Part shown: positions 1 through 8,650 of the stretch, piece by piece | How the letters are laid out: each line of letters opens with the position of its first letter | Numbering within the stretch: position 1 is the first letter of the stretch | IMG/VR virus record: IMGVR_UViG_3300049794_000017 | Coordinates: 1-61,298 of that record | DNA length: 61,298 nucleotides | Reading direction: 5' to 3' (one strand) | Origin: a virus | Lineage: Duplodnaviria > Caudoviricetes | Position numbers and translations under genes: made by a program | Notes under the pieces: model-generated | Databases searched by the model: none | What the model was told of the DNA's origin: nothing | What the model saw: the letters and a program-made list of their open reading frames with translations, nothing else

Positions 1-22
1 GGGCCCGACTCCCGCGCCGGCC
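1..22. repeat. Terminal direct repeat (circular assembly overlap), copy 1
   Basis: GGGCCCGACTCCCGCGCCGGCC is identical to 61277-61298. Confidence 0.95.
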
Positions 23-519
23 GACGGCTCAGAGGATCTTCCTGTGTCACCGATCGGCGTGACCACGCCCGCGGTCAGGTCAACCGATTCTCGTTCCTTG
101 CGCACCTCGGCGATCACCGCTGCAGTGGGCTTGCCACCGGTACGCTCCAGGACTTCCTGCCACACCGCGGCCCGATTCGCCTCCGGCACCTTGGCCAGTT
201 CACGTGCCTGCGCCTCGTTCTTGATCTCAGGACCAGTTGGTCCCATCGCGATGACGGTCTCGGCTGCCTGAATGGTCCGGTTGATGTGCCGGACGCTCAG
301 CTCCCAGCGGTCGCGGCAGTAGATCTCGAACGTGGGGTGCGCCTCGCGGTACAGGCGTCCGTCGCGGATCGCGAACAGGGCCAGCCCGACCTCGACGAAG
401 GTGTCGAGACCAGCCTCGACGGCGGCTTCGCACTCGGCCAGTCGCGCCCGGTCCTCGTCGCTGAGCGCTTGCGTGACAACCGCGGTCGTGTCGTCGGACA
501 TCAGGTCGCCGGGCATCAT
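1..519 (-). CDS. 5' part of a ~357-aa phage protein that spans the circular junction (continues at 61276-60722); DUF3102-like N-terminus
   Basis: ATG at 519 overlaps the TGA of the upstream gene. Reads MMPGDL...LAECEAAVEAGLDTFVEVGLALFAIRDGRLYREAHPTFEIYCRDRW, with no stop to position 1, and is in frame with ORF 60722-61189 once the 22-bp overlap is removed. Not in the ORF track. Confidence 0.85.
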   Translation of the reverse strand, partial: MMPGDLMSDDTTAVVTQALSDEDRARLAECEAAVEAGLDTFVEVGLALFAIRDGRLYREAHPTFEIYCRDRWELSVRHINRTIQAAETVIAMGPTGPEIKNEAQARELAKVPEANRAAVWQEVLERTGGKPTAAVIAEVRKERESVDLTAGVVTPIGDTGRSSEPSAGAGVGP

Positions 520-971
520 GGCCGGCTCGCGTTCTTGGCGATGTACGCCAGCAGCTCGGGCACCGGGCGGAACCACTCGCCGTGGGACCGGGCACCGGCG
601 AACTGGGCGTGAAGCCGCGTCTCGCCGCCGGAACCGATCCCGGGGATGGTCCCGAGTAGTCGAAGGATCGATGGTGCCGCGGTCTGCAACTCGGCCCTGC
701 GACGGATCGGGCAGCTCGCCACGCCGATTTTGATTAGGCCGCTGCCCGCCCGGATGAAGTAGACCGTCCTCGGGTCGGCGGGCGGTGTGGCGCGCACGCC
801 AAGCCGCTGGTCCAGTTGCGCCAGCTCCTCGACGAAGATGTTCCGCCAGATCTGGCCGGCGGACAGTCCGCCGATCAGTCGCCCGTCTCGGGGAAGGATC
901 TCGAATACAGAGGCGGTCGCATGGAACGCCCTGTTGATCTCGTGCTCGATGTCGGTGCGGAGTGGGCTCAT
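516..971 (-). CDS. T5orf172/MUG113-type GIY-YIG domain protein
   Basis: VYFIRAGSGLIKIG...RRAELQT...ETRLHAQF...GEWF motif pattern. Confidence 0.8.
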   Translation of the reverse strand: MSPLRTDIEHEINRAFHATASVFEILPRDGRLIGGLSAGQIWRNIFVEELAQLDQRLGVRATPPADPRTVYFIRAGSGLIKIGVASCPIRRRAELQTAAPSILRLLGTIPGIGSGGETRLHAQFAGARSHGEWFRPVPELLAYIAKNASRP

Positions 972-1237
972 ATCGATCTCCCGTCACGGTCGACGATCTC
1001 GACGTTGCGGACCGCCTCGGCCTCTTCCGGTGTCGCGAAGCGCACGCCGCGTTCGGCGAACAGCGCGACGATCGCCGGGACGTCGCGGTAGTTCTCCAGC
1101 AGCAGGGCCGGCACCCCGATGTGGTCCATCAGCGCGGCGAGCACGTCATGCAGGGTCTGGTCGTCGACGGCGTCGTCGATCAGCGCGTCGGCGATCCTGG
1201 GGAACAGCTCGTAGCTGTTGCCGTGGTATGTCATCAC
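968..1237 (-). CDS. Hypothetical protein
   Basis: 4-bp overlaps with both neighbours; GC3-rich codons. Confidence 0.7.
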   Translation of the reverse strand: MMTYHGNSYELFPRIADALIDDAVDDQTLHDVLAALMDHIGVPALLLENYRDVPAIVALFAERGVRFATPEEAEAVRNVEIVDRDGRSI

Positions 1238-1611
1238 CCAAACCCCCGCCTCAAAGTGGGGTCCGTGGACCCCCGCGGGGCGGGGGCGCCCGCGTCGCGT
1301 TTGACGCCCCCGCCTATGACCCCTTCATCGGGGTGATCTGGGATGCCGACGCCAAGGAACTCGGCCAGCAGTAGCGCGGTGGCCACCGTGCCGTAGCTCT
1401 GGATCTGGTCGTGCGCCCGGCGGGCGTCAGCGTCGGCGGTGCGCCCGGCGTGGTTGGTTAGTGCCCGGATCTCGGCCTGGCTCGGGGTCAGGCTCGGCTC
1501 GCGGCGCAGCTCCCGGTCCACCTGGTCGTAGAAGCGGACCTTCGCGTCCTGCAGCAGCCGCAGGCCGGCCAGCATCCCGGCCAGCGCCTCCTGCACCGCG
1601 GCGCGTCTCAT
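1234..1611 (-). CDS. Hypothetical protein
   Basis: ATGA-coupled within the operon. Confidence 0.7.
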   Translation of the reverse strand: MRRAAVQEALAGMLAGLRLLQDAKVRFYDQVDRELRREPSLTPSQAEIRALTNHAGRTADADARRAHDQIQSYGTVATALLLAEFLGVGIPDHPDEGVIGGGVKRDAGAPAPRGSTDPTLRRGFG

Positions 1612-1886
1612 GACCGCACCGCGCGAACAAGCCGCTCGGCTTCCTCACTCGCACTGACCTCTAGCAGGTCGACGATCGCCAACAGCCGGTCCTCCGGCGA
1701 TAGACCGTCGCGTAGCCCATCCCAGATCCGGTTCACCCAGCGTTCGCACACCTCGGCCGGCTCGTCGAGCTGCTCCGCGACCTGCCAGCTGACCAGGTCG
1801 GTCCGGGCCTGCCTGAGGACGGCCTCGATGCGGCGCCGGTCGGCGTGGTTGTCGCGGTTCTCTTCGGGGGTTCGCTCAGTGGCCAC
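1608..1886 (-). CDS. Hypothetical protein (possible HTH)
   Basis: GGAGG RBS, coupled; helical segment VSWQVAEQLDEPAEVCERW. Confidence 0.65.
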   Translation of the reverse strand: MATERTPEENRDNHADRRRIEAVLRQARTDLVSWQVAEQLDEPAEVCERWVNRIWDGLRDGLSPEDRLLAIVDLLEVSASEEAERLVRAVRS

Positions 1887-2361
1887 TACGCACCTCCCGG
1901 GCCGGTGTGCGTTCGAACGGGTGGGCCAGGATCTCCACGTACAGCGGCCCCAGCAGGGTGGCCAGCCCCAGCATGCTGGTGTCCTTGGCGACGAACGGGA
2001 TCTCGGCCCGGGACACCAGCGCGGCCACGTCGTGGGCCTCCACGGCGACGCTGCAGCGGCTGCAGATCGCCCACCAGCCGCCCATGTCTTCCAGGCCGCG
2101 CTGGCTCCAGTAGCCCATGCTGATGAACCGGTAGAGCCACGCCGGGTCCTTGTCGGAGCACACGTCGCAGACCATGTTCACGGTGACCAGCTCGGCCAGC
2201 GGTACTGGCAGCGGCGCGTGCGCGGGGCCCGTCCACCCTTCAGCGGAGTGGGTGTGTTCGAACCGGTCGGGCTGGCCCGCGACGCGGAAGCGTTCCAGGG
2301 CGTAGCGGCACACGCCGCAGTAGTAGTAGTGGTCCAGCGGCCGGTCGGTGTGGACGCTCAT
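1876..2361 (-). CDS. Hypothetical Cys-rich (Zn-binding) protein
   Basis: Start MSVHTD coupled to the upstream TGA; three CxxC pairs. Confidence 0.7.
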   Translation of the reverse strand: MSVHTDRPLDHYYYCGVCRYALERFRVAGQPDRFEHTHSAEGWTGPAHAPLPVPLAELVTVNMVCDVCSDKDPAWLYRFISMGYWSQRGLEDMGGWWAICSRCSVAVEAHDVAALVSRAEIPFVAKDTSMLGLATLLGPLYVEILAHPFERTPAREVRSGH

Positions 2362-2717
2362 GACGGCGGCCAATCCGCTCGCTCGCGTGCGACGTACTCG
2401 GTGAACGTCTCGGACGCCTGGCGCGCATCGTCGACGATCAGCGTGACGTTCTGCTCGGCGGTGTCGACGTCGACGATCCGGCGGGCGCCGTCGCACAGGA
2501 CCGCCGAGATACCGAAGCCTGTCTCCTCGCCGTGCCGGTCTCCCAGCATCTCGTCGAACACGATGCGGGCCAGGTACTGGTTGTCGGTCCACCGGGCCTC
2601 GCCGCGGTCCAGCGCGGTCCGCACCGTCTCGGGCAGGTCGTCGCCGGCCCAGTGGGTGTAGAGGTACACACCCAGCTCGTGGCCGTGGTGTAGGTAGACG
2701 TTCGCGCGGTTACCCAT
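2358..2717 (-). CDS. Conserved phage hypothetical protein
   Basis: MGNRANV...VYLYTHWAG...YLARIVF pattern; GAGGAG RBS. Confidence 0.75.
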   Translation of the reverse strand: MGNRANVYLHHGHELGVYLYTHWAGDDLPETVRTALDRGEARWTDNQYLARIVFDEMLGDRHGEETGFGISAVLCDGARRIVDVDTAEQNVTLIVDDARQASETFTEYVARERADWPPS

Positions 2718-2718
2718 G

Positions 2719-2970
2719 TCAGCTGTACTCCTCACGAATGTGGCGGATCACCGCGCGGGCTTGGACGATTTCCAGCCGCTGGTCTTCGAACCGGGAGCCC
2801 GGGCCGGACCCCTCGCGGTGGTAGTTGATCTCGATCCGTACGAGCATCCCGGCGACGTCTTCGACGAGCTGGTCATCACCGTGCCGGGGACAGTTGGGGT
2901 CTTTGACCAGGCCGCGCACGGTGAGGTCGTCGCTAATGTCCGGTACGCAGGTACACATGGCGTCGCTCAT
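2719..2970 (-). CDS. Hypothetical protein
   Basis: Coupled ORF with CTC...CPRHG motif. Confidence 0.65.
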   Translation of the reverse strand: MSDAMCTCVPDISDDLTVRGLVKDPNCPRHGDDQLVEDVAGMLVRIEINYHREGSGPGSRFEDQRLEIVQARAVIRHIREEYS

Positions 2971-3188
2971 GACCGGCCGTACCGCGGCGGCCGACCGGTC
3001 GGCCCGCTACCCGGCGGCTCAATGCCCATGCGGGCGCATTCAGCGTCGAGCAGTACGACGTACTCGGCGGGGTGCAGCTCGGCCAGTTGGTTCAGGGCGT
3101 GACGGCGTGCTGTCGCCAGCGCTACGTTGCGCGTCAAGACCTCGGGGTGGTCGGCCCGGTAGCGTCTCTGGAAGTCGGCGTCGCTCAT
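2967..3188 (-). CDS. Hypothetical protein
   Basis: ATGA-coupled ORF. Confidence 0.65.
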   Translation of the reverse strand: MSDADFQRRYRADHPEVLTRNVALATARRHALNQLAELHPAEYVVLLDAECARMGIEPPGSGPTGRPPRYGRS

Positions 3189-3457
3189 CGCTGCTGACCA
3201 CCCGTCGTGCTCGTCTCGCGCCAGCCGTCCAGGCGTAGCGCCGCCTCATGGGTGCGGTAGTGGCTGCTGCACAGCACCAGCTCGGCGATCTTCCCGAACA
3301 CGTGCGGCTCGTCGTGGCTGTCGCAGAGATGGCTGACCGTTTTTCTCAGCCGAACCTGCCCGGGCCAGTCGCAGCGGTCGCACTTGTCCCCGGCCTGGCT
3401 GGCCGGCGGCGGCAGCAGCGGCTCCGGTGGCGGGGTACCGCGATGCCAGGCCATCAC
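3185..3457 (-). CDS. Hypothetical Zn-binding protein
   Basis: DKCDRC...LVLCSSHYRTHE motif; GTGA coupling. Confidence 0.65.
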   Translation of the reverse strand: MMAWHRGTPPPEPLLPPPASQAGDKCDRCDWPGQVRLRKTVSHLCDSHDEPHVFGKIAELVLCSSHYRTHEAALRLDGWRETSTTGGQQR

Positions 3458-3924
3458 GCGCTCCGGCTCTCGATGAACACCACGGCGATCGAGCCGGCCA
3501 TCTCCGCACGCTCCTTGGCCTCGACCGCGTGCCCGGAGCACACCGGTGCCCGGTCGAGTTCCTTCCCGCTGTAGCGCGACCGGTAGACCAGCTCCCGATC
3601 CACCTCGCCGGAGCAGGGCGACGCGGACGACGCCACCGCGTAGCTGCAGACCGGGCCGGTGTCGACGACGCCGGCTTCCATCTCCGGCGCCACCGTCTCG
3701 CCGTGCGTCAGGCCCGGCGGCACGTCTGGCTGGCGCCGGTCGAGTAGCGCGATCAGCGGGTGAGGCTGCTCGTCGACGGCCTCGATGTCGAGGATGAACC
3801 GGTCCCCGTCGTCGGCGATCACGCCCACGGTGCGGGAGTCGATCCGGTCGAGCGACCATTCCCCCGGCGGGCCCAGCCGGGCGATCCGGCAGCCCAGCTC
3901 GATGACGAACTCGTCCAGCGTCAC
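3454..3924 (-). CDS. Hypothetical protein
   Basis: Coupled ORF with typical codon usage. Confidence 0.65.
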   Translation of the reverse strand: MTLDEFVIELGCRIARLGPPGEWSLDRIDSRTVGVIADDGDRFILDIEAVDEQPHPLIALLDRRQPDVPPGLTHGETVAPEMEAGVVDTGPVCSYAVASSASPCSGEVDRELVYRSRYSGKELDRAPVCSGHAVEAKERAEMAGSIAVVFIESRSA

Positions 3925-4514
3925 CGGGCACCCCCGGCGGGCGGCTCAACGATGGCCGGCGGCTGCGACAGGGCCGCCGCGGCGGTACGCACCGCCGAGT
4001 GCTTGTGGCCGGCCGGCTGAGCCGCCTCGATCTGGTCGGCCCACCCCTTCAGCCGCAGCCGAGCAGATCCATCGCGACCATGCTGCGGCTGCTCAGCTGC
4101 CCACCGCAGCGTCGCGGCGATCGCGCGACGCTGGCTGCCGGCGAATGGGTCGCCCGCCAGCACCGCCGCGGACACCTGCGTGCGCAGCTGCGCCAACTGC
4201 TCTACGCCAAGCTGCGCCGCTGCGACGTACTCCACCAGCTGGCCGAAGCGTTCGGCCAGCAGGATGGCGAAGACACTGTCGCGGATCTCCGGCGACGCGA
4301 ACTGTCCGTCGAGGTCGTCGCCGACCTCCCGGCCGACTCCCTCCGGGTCGAGCACCGCCGAATCGAGGTCGTGGCCCAGGCCCAGGGTGGCCCAGCCGTG
4401 GCGGTACCGGAAGTAGAACGTGCGGCCGTCGACCAGCGTGCCCTGGTACTGCTCGGGGCACGCCAAGCAGGTCTGCTCCTGCTCGGCGATCGCATGGTGA
4501 GTGATGTGCGTCAT
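3921..4514 (-). CDS. Hypothetical protein
   Basis: TCLACPEQYQG...FYFRYRHG motif seen in phage proteins. Confidence 0.7.
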   Translation of the reverse strand: MTHITHHAIAEQEQTCLACPEQYQGTLVDGRTFYFRYRHGWATLGLGHDLDSAVLDPEGVGREVGDDLDGQFASPEIRDSVFAILLAERFGQLVEYVAAAQLGVEQLAQLRTQVSAAVLAGDPFAGSQRRAIAATLRWAAEQPQHGRDGSARLRLKGWADQIEAAQPAGHKHSAVRTAAAALSQPPAIVEPPAGGAR

Positions 4515-4586
4515 CTCGTGGCCTTCCCGGAGTTTGCCGGGTCGGGCGTGGGCCTCCACTTGCGCGCCACGCCCGGCACCGGGATC

Positions 4587-5846
4587 TCAGCTGTTACGCC
4601 TCGCGGCGACCAGCTGCATCGCGGGAATCGCCCGCGCCTCCAGGTCGTTGGCCACGTCCGCGGACTCCACGGACTGGGCAGCGGACGACACGGCCTGCAT
4701 CACGCCACCGGCGGTCAGTTGGCCGCCCATGATGAAGTGCTCCAGGATCATCTTGGCCTCGGCGTCGCTGAATGCCAGCCGCTTCGCGACGTACGTGATC
4801 GTCTCGGCGGCGTCGCTGATCCGGGTACCGGCCTGCTCCTCCAGCTCGGCGACCTTGGCCTTGACGTAGTCCACGTCGAGGAAGGTCTTGACCGCGTCGC
4901 GGGTCTGCGACTTGACCAGCTCCAGGTTGCGGCGCTGCGTCTCGTCGGACCACTGCACGACACCGGCGTCCATCTTCCCGCCCAGGTGCACGTTCTCCAG
5001 CGCCTCACCGGTGATGGTCTGCCCGTTGCCGCAGACCTGCACCACGATCTGGGGGGCGATGGAGAACCGGCCGTGGCCGGTCTCTGAGTTACGCACCACG
5101 AATCCGGCGAACACGATGGGCTTGCCGCCGACCGTGCCGGGCGTGGCCTCGGGTGCCCACGCGGCGGTGCCGGTGCGCTGCGCGCCGAGGTCGAACGGTG
5201 AGCGGTAGCCCTTGAGCAGTTCGGGGGCCAGCGCCGTCACCTCGGGCGCCCACAGCTTCAGGTACATCCGACGCTCGGACAGGTCGGCGCCACGGATCTC
5301 GGTGCGGACCCCGGCGTCGCGCACACCGGCCAAGGTGGCCAGCAGCACGTCGAGGTTGTCGATGATGCGGTACCCGTCGGACAGGAACGCCCGCACGATA
5401 CCGTTGAACTCGTCGCCCTCGCTGGAGCGCAGCAGCCGCAGCAGGAACTTGCGGCCCTCACCGGCGCGGTCGTAGTAGTCACCCTCGGCGCCGTGGCGGC
5501 CGCCGCTGGTGGTGTGGCCGTGCAGCCAGCCGTTGACGTTGGCGTCGTAGAGGTCCACGGCGTCCGCGCGCATCCGGCGCAGGTAGGGCAGCGGGATCCC
5601 GAGCTTGTCGGCGATGCCGCCGTCGGCGATCTCGGTGACCTGGTAGGTGCCTGCGGTCGGCGTGACGCCGTCCTCGTCCAGCACCACGTCGGTACCGGCG
5701 ACGAGCAGCCGGCCGCGGTGGGCGGTGATCGCGGAGGCCGGGGCCACCACGTCAAGGGCGCGGGCCCGCTGGTCGTGCAGCAGCTCGGCTATGTCGTTCA
5801 GGTTGGCGTTCCGCAGTGTCGCGGGGGCCACGTACGGTTCTGACAT
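4587..5846 (-). CDS. DUF932-like phage/plasmid protein
   Basis: RAFLSDGYRIIDN, GFVVRNSETGHG, VCGNG motifs; GAAAGGA RBS. Confidence 0.8.
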   Translation of the reverse strand: MSEPYVAPATLRNANLNDIAELLHDQRARALDVVAPASAITAHRGRLLVAGTDVVLDEDGVTPTAGTYQVTEIADGGIADKLGIPLPYLRRMRADAVDLYDANVNGWLHGHTTSGGRHGAEGDYYDRAGEGRKFLLRLLRSSEGDEFNGIVRAFLSDGYRIIDNLDVLLATLAGVRDAGVRTEIRGADLSERRMYLKLWAPEVTALAPELLKGYRSPFDLGAQRTGTAAWAPEATPGTVGGKPIVFAGFVVRNSETGHGRFSIAPQIVVQVCGNGQTITGEALENVHLGGKMDAGVVQWSDETQRRNLELVKSQTRDAVKTFLDVDYVKAKVAELEEQAGTRISDAAETITYVAKRLAFSDAEAKMILEHFIMGGQLTAGGVMQAVSSAAQSVESADVANDLEARAIPAMQLVAARRNS

Positions 5847-5888
5847 CGGAGATCCTTTCAGGGTCGGGTAGTTTCTCCGTGCTGGGGC

Positions 5889-6149
5889 TCAGGGCGCTGC
5901 CGCGCTCGGGGCCCCGTTTTTTGCCATGCGGCTCTCGGCCGCCATGACGATCTGCGTGACCGCGGTGTCCAGGACTGGGGCCACGCGGGCCAGCTCGTCG
6001 GTGTCAAAGGGGAGTTCGCCGGTCAGGCGCCGCGAGAGGGTGCTCTGCGACATGCCGGCCCTGTCGGCCAGCGCTTCCTGGGTCAGGCCCTCGCGCGCCA
6101 TGGCAGCCTTGACCTCTGCTGCAACCCGTCTGGTGAAATCCTCACTCAC
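5889..6149 (-). CDS. Cro-like XRE/BetR HTH regulator
   Basis: LTQEALADRAGMSQSTLSRRLTG HTH; divergent from the repressor. Confidence 0.85.
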   Translation of the reverse strand: MSEDFTRRVAAEVKAAMAREGLTQEALADRAGMSQSTLSRRLTGELPFDTDELARVAPVLDTAVTQIVMAAESRMAKNGAPSAAAP

Positions 6150-6253
6150 ATGTGCAACAGTTTCACGCTACAGAGTTAAAGTCAAGGGACCACCCATGAA
6201 ACTCCCATTCAGAAACGTTGCCTTTTACCCGCCAGATGGGTGATACTCACCGT
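6150..6253. promoter_or_regulatory. Divergent immunity switch (promoters plus an operator-like box)
   Basis: AT-richer gap; + strand TTGCCT(6219)-N17-GATACT(6242); - strand TTGACT at 6180-6185; imperfect palindrome TTCACGCTACAGAGTTAA at 6162-6179. Confidence 0.65.
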
Positions 6254-6763
6254 ATGGAGGACCAACCCCCCACCGCAGCGCCCGCGAAGCCGCTGCCCGA
6301 GTTCGTCGCCGAAGAGATCCTTGCCTGGACTGGCCGGCGCCGGATGACCATCGCCGAGCTGGCCCGCCGGCTCGGCCATCCCAACCAGATGCAGCTGCGG
6401 CGGCGCTTGAACCTCAAGACGCCGTTCGACACCGACGAGCTGTCCGCGATCGCCAAGATCCTGGAGATCAAGGTCACTGACCTGCTGCCGAAGGAGCCCG
6501 CCGCTGCGCCTACCGGGTCCAGGCCGCTGGACGTCTACCAGCTGGCGGAGATCTCCGCCTACCTGGGGATCCCCCCGGCCGATCTGCTACGCGGATCTAG
6601 TCCCTGGTATTCCCTGTTCGCACAAACACCTGATCACCCGAATGTGCGACCCCGGGCGCCCCGGCCGATCAGCGGACCTCCCGCTGACGGCGTCCGCCGG
6701 CCGCAGCGCAGGTCAGCCTCGATGCCCGCTGCCGCGATGACCGTCGGCGCCGGGAGGCTCTGA
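6254..6763 (+). CDS. Immunity repressor (XRE/BetR HTH)
   Basis: MTIAELARRLGHPNQMQLRRRL...PFDTDEL; directly upstream of the integrase. Confidence 0.75.
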   Translation: MEDQPPTAAPAKPLPEFVAEEILAWTGRRRMTIAELARRLGHPNQMQLRRRLNLKTPFDTDELSAIAKILEIKVTDLLPKEPAAAPTGSRPLDVYQLAEISAYLGIPPADLLRGSSPWYSLFAQTPDHPNVRPRAPRPISGPPADGVRRPQRRSASMPAAAMTVGAGRL

Positions 6764-6765
6764 CC

Positions 6766-7647
6766 ATGAGTGATCTGATCGACACACACCTGGACTGGTT
6801 GGGTGCCTCCGCGTCCCCGTACACCGTGCGCGACCGCCGCAGCATCCTGCGCCGCGTAGACCGCAAGCTGCCCTTCGGCCTGGAGCAGGCACTCGCCGCC
6901 GAGATCCAGAAGTGGCTGGCCGGCCCGAAACCGCCCGCGAAGCCCTGGTCGGCGAAGACCCGCCACGTGTACTGGCAGCACCTCACCGCGTTCTACCTCT
7001 GGGCGTGCGACCCGCTCACCGTCGACGACGAGCTGGACCTCAACCCGATGCTGGGGGTGCGCCGCCCACCCAACCCGCGGTCACTGCCCCGGCCCGTCAC
7101 CGCCGACCAGCTGGCCCTGATGCTGACCGCCCGCCGGCCCTACCGCACGTACGTGATGCTGGCCGCGTTGGCCGGGCTGCGGTGCATCGAGATCTCCCGC
7201 CTGCAGCGGGAGGACGTCACCGAGAAGACCATCACGATCTACGGCAAGGGCAACAAGCCGGCCGTCCTGGGAACCCACCCGCTGCTGTGGGCGGAGATCG
7301 AGCCGCTGCCGCCCGGGCCGATCGCTCTGCTCGCCAGCGGCCAGCAGGCCAGCCCGCAGGCGGTGTCCTCGCGCACCAGCGAGTACCTGCGCCGCATCGG
7401 TGTTCCGCCCGGCCGCACGCTGCACGGGGCCCGGCACTGGTACGCGACCACCCTGCTGGAGGGGGACGACGAGCACCCCGGTGCTGACCTGCGCACCGTC
7501 CAGGAAGCGCTGCGCCACGCCTCCCTGACCTCCACCCAGATCTACACCGAGGTCACCAACGCCCGCCGGGACGCGGCCATCACCGGCATCAAGCTCCCCG
7601 GCCAACGGGCCGGGAGGGAAACCCAGCCCAAGGAGCAACCACAATGA
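6766..7647 (+). CDS. int: Tyrosine integrase/recombinase
   Basis: Catalytic set: GLR(CIE), GKGNK, HGARH, LRHAS, TQIY. Confidence 0.9.
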   Translation: MSDLIDTHLDWLGASASPYTVRDRRSILRRVDRKLPFGLEQALAAEIQKWLAGPKPPAKPWSAKTRHVYWQHLTAFYLWACDPLTVDDELDLNPMLGVRRPPNPRSLPRPVTADQLALMLTARRPYRTYVMLAALAGLRCIEISRLQREDVTEKTITIYGKGNKPAVLGTHPLLWAEIEPLPPGPIALLASGQQASPQAVSSRTSEYLRRIGVPPGRTLHGARHWYATTLLEGDDEHPGADLRTVQEALRHASLTSTQIYTEVTNARRDAAITGIKLPGQRAGRETQPKEQPQ

Positions 7648-8165
7648 TCACCACCAAGATGGCCGCGGCTGTCGCGGTCGTCGTCGCCCTACTCGGCAGC
7701 GGCGGCCCACCGGCCTGCCAGCCGAAGGGCTCGTCCACCGCGGCGCCGGCCCCGGCGCAGCCCGTCGGCGCGGTGCCCGGCGGCAAGGACTGCGACACCC
7801 ACCCGTCGGCGCCGCGCGTCATCACCTTCGCCGGTAGGGCGGCCGTCGAAGGCTCGACGGAAAGCGTCTGCGACCTGCCGCCCCAGCAGCACCACGTCTC
7901 CATCTTCCTGGAGACCAAGTCGGCCGGCCAGTGGAGCGTGCAGCCCGACCCGTACGGCAAGACGTCCGGCAACTGCTACGACATCCCCGCCAACGGGATC
8001 CCGAAGACCTGCCAGTGGATCATCTCCCGCTGCCAGAACGGCCTGTGGCGCACGCGGGTGACCGTCTTCGGCTACGGGCCGCCGACGACCGGGCACCCCG
8101 GCGGGCTACCGTTCAACTTCGACGTGCCCGAGAAGCCCAGCGCACAACTGAACTGCAAGGCGTGA
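7644..8165 (+). CDS. Secreted or membrane-anchored Cys-containing protein (possible superinfection exclusion/lipoprotein)
   Basis: N-terminal hydrophobic signal AAAVAVVVALLG, Pro/Ala linker, paired Cys. Confidence 0.65.
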   Translation: MITTKMAAAVAVVVALLGSGGPPACQPKGSSTAAPAPAQPVGAVPGGKDCDTHPSAPRVITFAGRAAVEGSTESVCDLPPQQHHVSIFLETKSAGQWSVQPDPYGKTSGNCYDIPANGIPKTCQWIISRCQNGLWRTRVTVFGYGPPTTGHPGGLPFNFDVPEKPSAQLNCKA

Positions 8166-8177
8166 GGGGGACCTGAG

Positions 8178-8459
8178 ATGAGCCACTGGGCGATCGACGT
8201 TCGTTACCCCGGGGTGCCTGACAGCAACTTCCGGTCGGTCCTCAACGAGGACCGGGACACCATCGCCGACCTCGGGTCGATGACGGTCGGCGGACACCGG
8301 ACCACCCTGCACATGCACGTCGAGGCGGATAACGCGCACGCCGCGCTGGAGGCCGGCATCCATGCCGCTGACATCATCGCGGCGAACCTGGGGCTGTCCG
8401 TCGAGCATGCCGCCGCGGCCACGGAACTGCCGGAAACCGGGACCAGCGAACCAGTCTGA
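8178..8459 (+). CDS. Hypothetical protein
   Basis: GAGGGG RBS; ferredoxin-like beta/alpha pattern. Confidence 0.7.
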   Translation: MSHWAIDVRYPGVPDSNFRSVLNEDRDTIADLGSMTVGGHRTTLHMHVEADNAHAALEAGIHAADIIAANLGLSVEHAAAATELPETGTSEPV

Positions 8460-8467
8460 GGACGAGG

Positions 8468-8508
8468 GAACCGCGCCGAGCATCGGGGTATGACGCTCGG
8501 CGCGGTTC
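8468..8508 (+). terminator. GC-rich hairpin, probable terminator
   Basis: GAACCGCGCCGAGC ... GCTCGGCGCGGTTC inverted repeat after the stop. Confidence 0.7.
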
Positions 8509-8528
8509 GTCTTCAGCGAGACGCGATC

Positions 8529-8572
8529 TTCACGCCCGAGAGTGAAAATCTCACGCTACTGCGTGCTAGTGT
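8529..8572 (+). promoter_or_regulatory. Promoter with two operator-like boxes upstream of the RAMP-like gene
   Basis: TTCACGCCCGAGAGTGAA (8529-8546) and CTCACGCTACTGCGTGCT (8550-8567); TGcTAGTGT extended -10-like at 8564-8572. Confidence 0.55.
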
Positions 8573-8650
8573 GGCCGGCATCCGAGCGGGACCCGGTGAT
8601 GTGACGATCAACCGGGATCCCTGAGCACCGACGCCTTAGAGGAGGCACGG

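Noticed and set aside
1-22. Biological terminal repeat
   Set aside because: It falls inside a gene far from the terminase, and its length fits an assembler overlap.
6430-6465. Partial gapped match of block 3 to the repressor gene
   Set aside because: Only 5 of 9 dinucleotides match; not distinguishable from chance by eye.
8521-8540. Possible self-target of block 7 (GTgAAgATcGC on -) in the operon promoter
   Set aside because: Only four consecutive dinucleotides match, which is expected by chance in a genome this size; the flanks mismatch.
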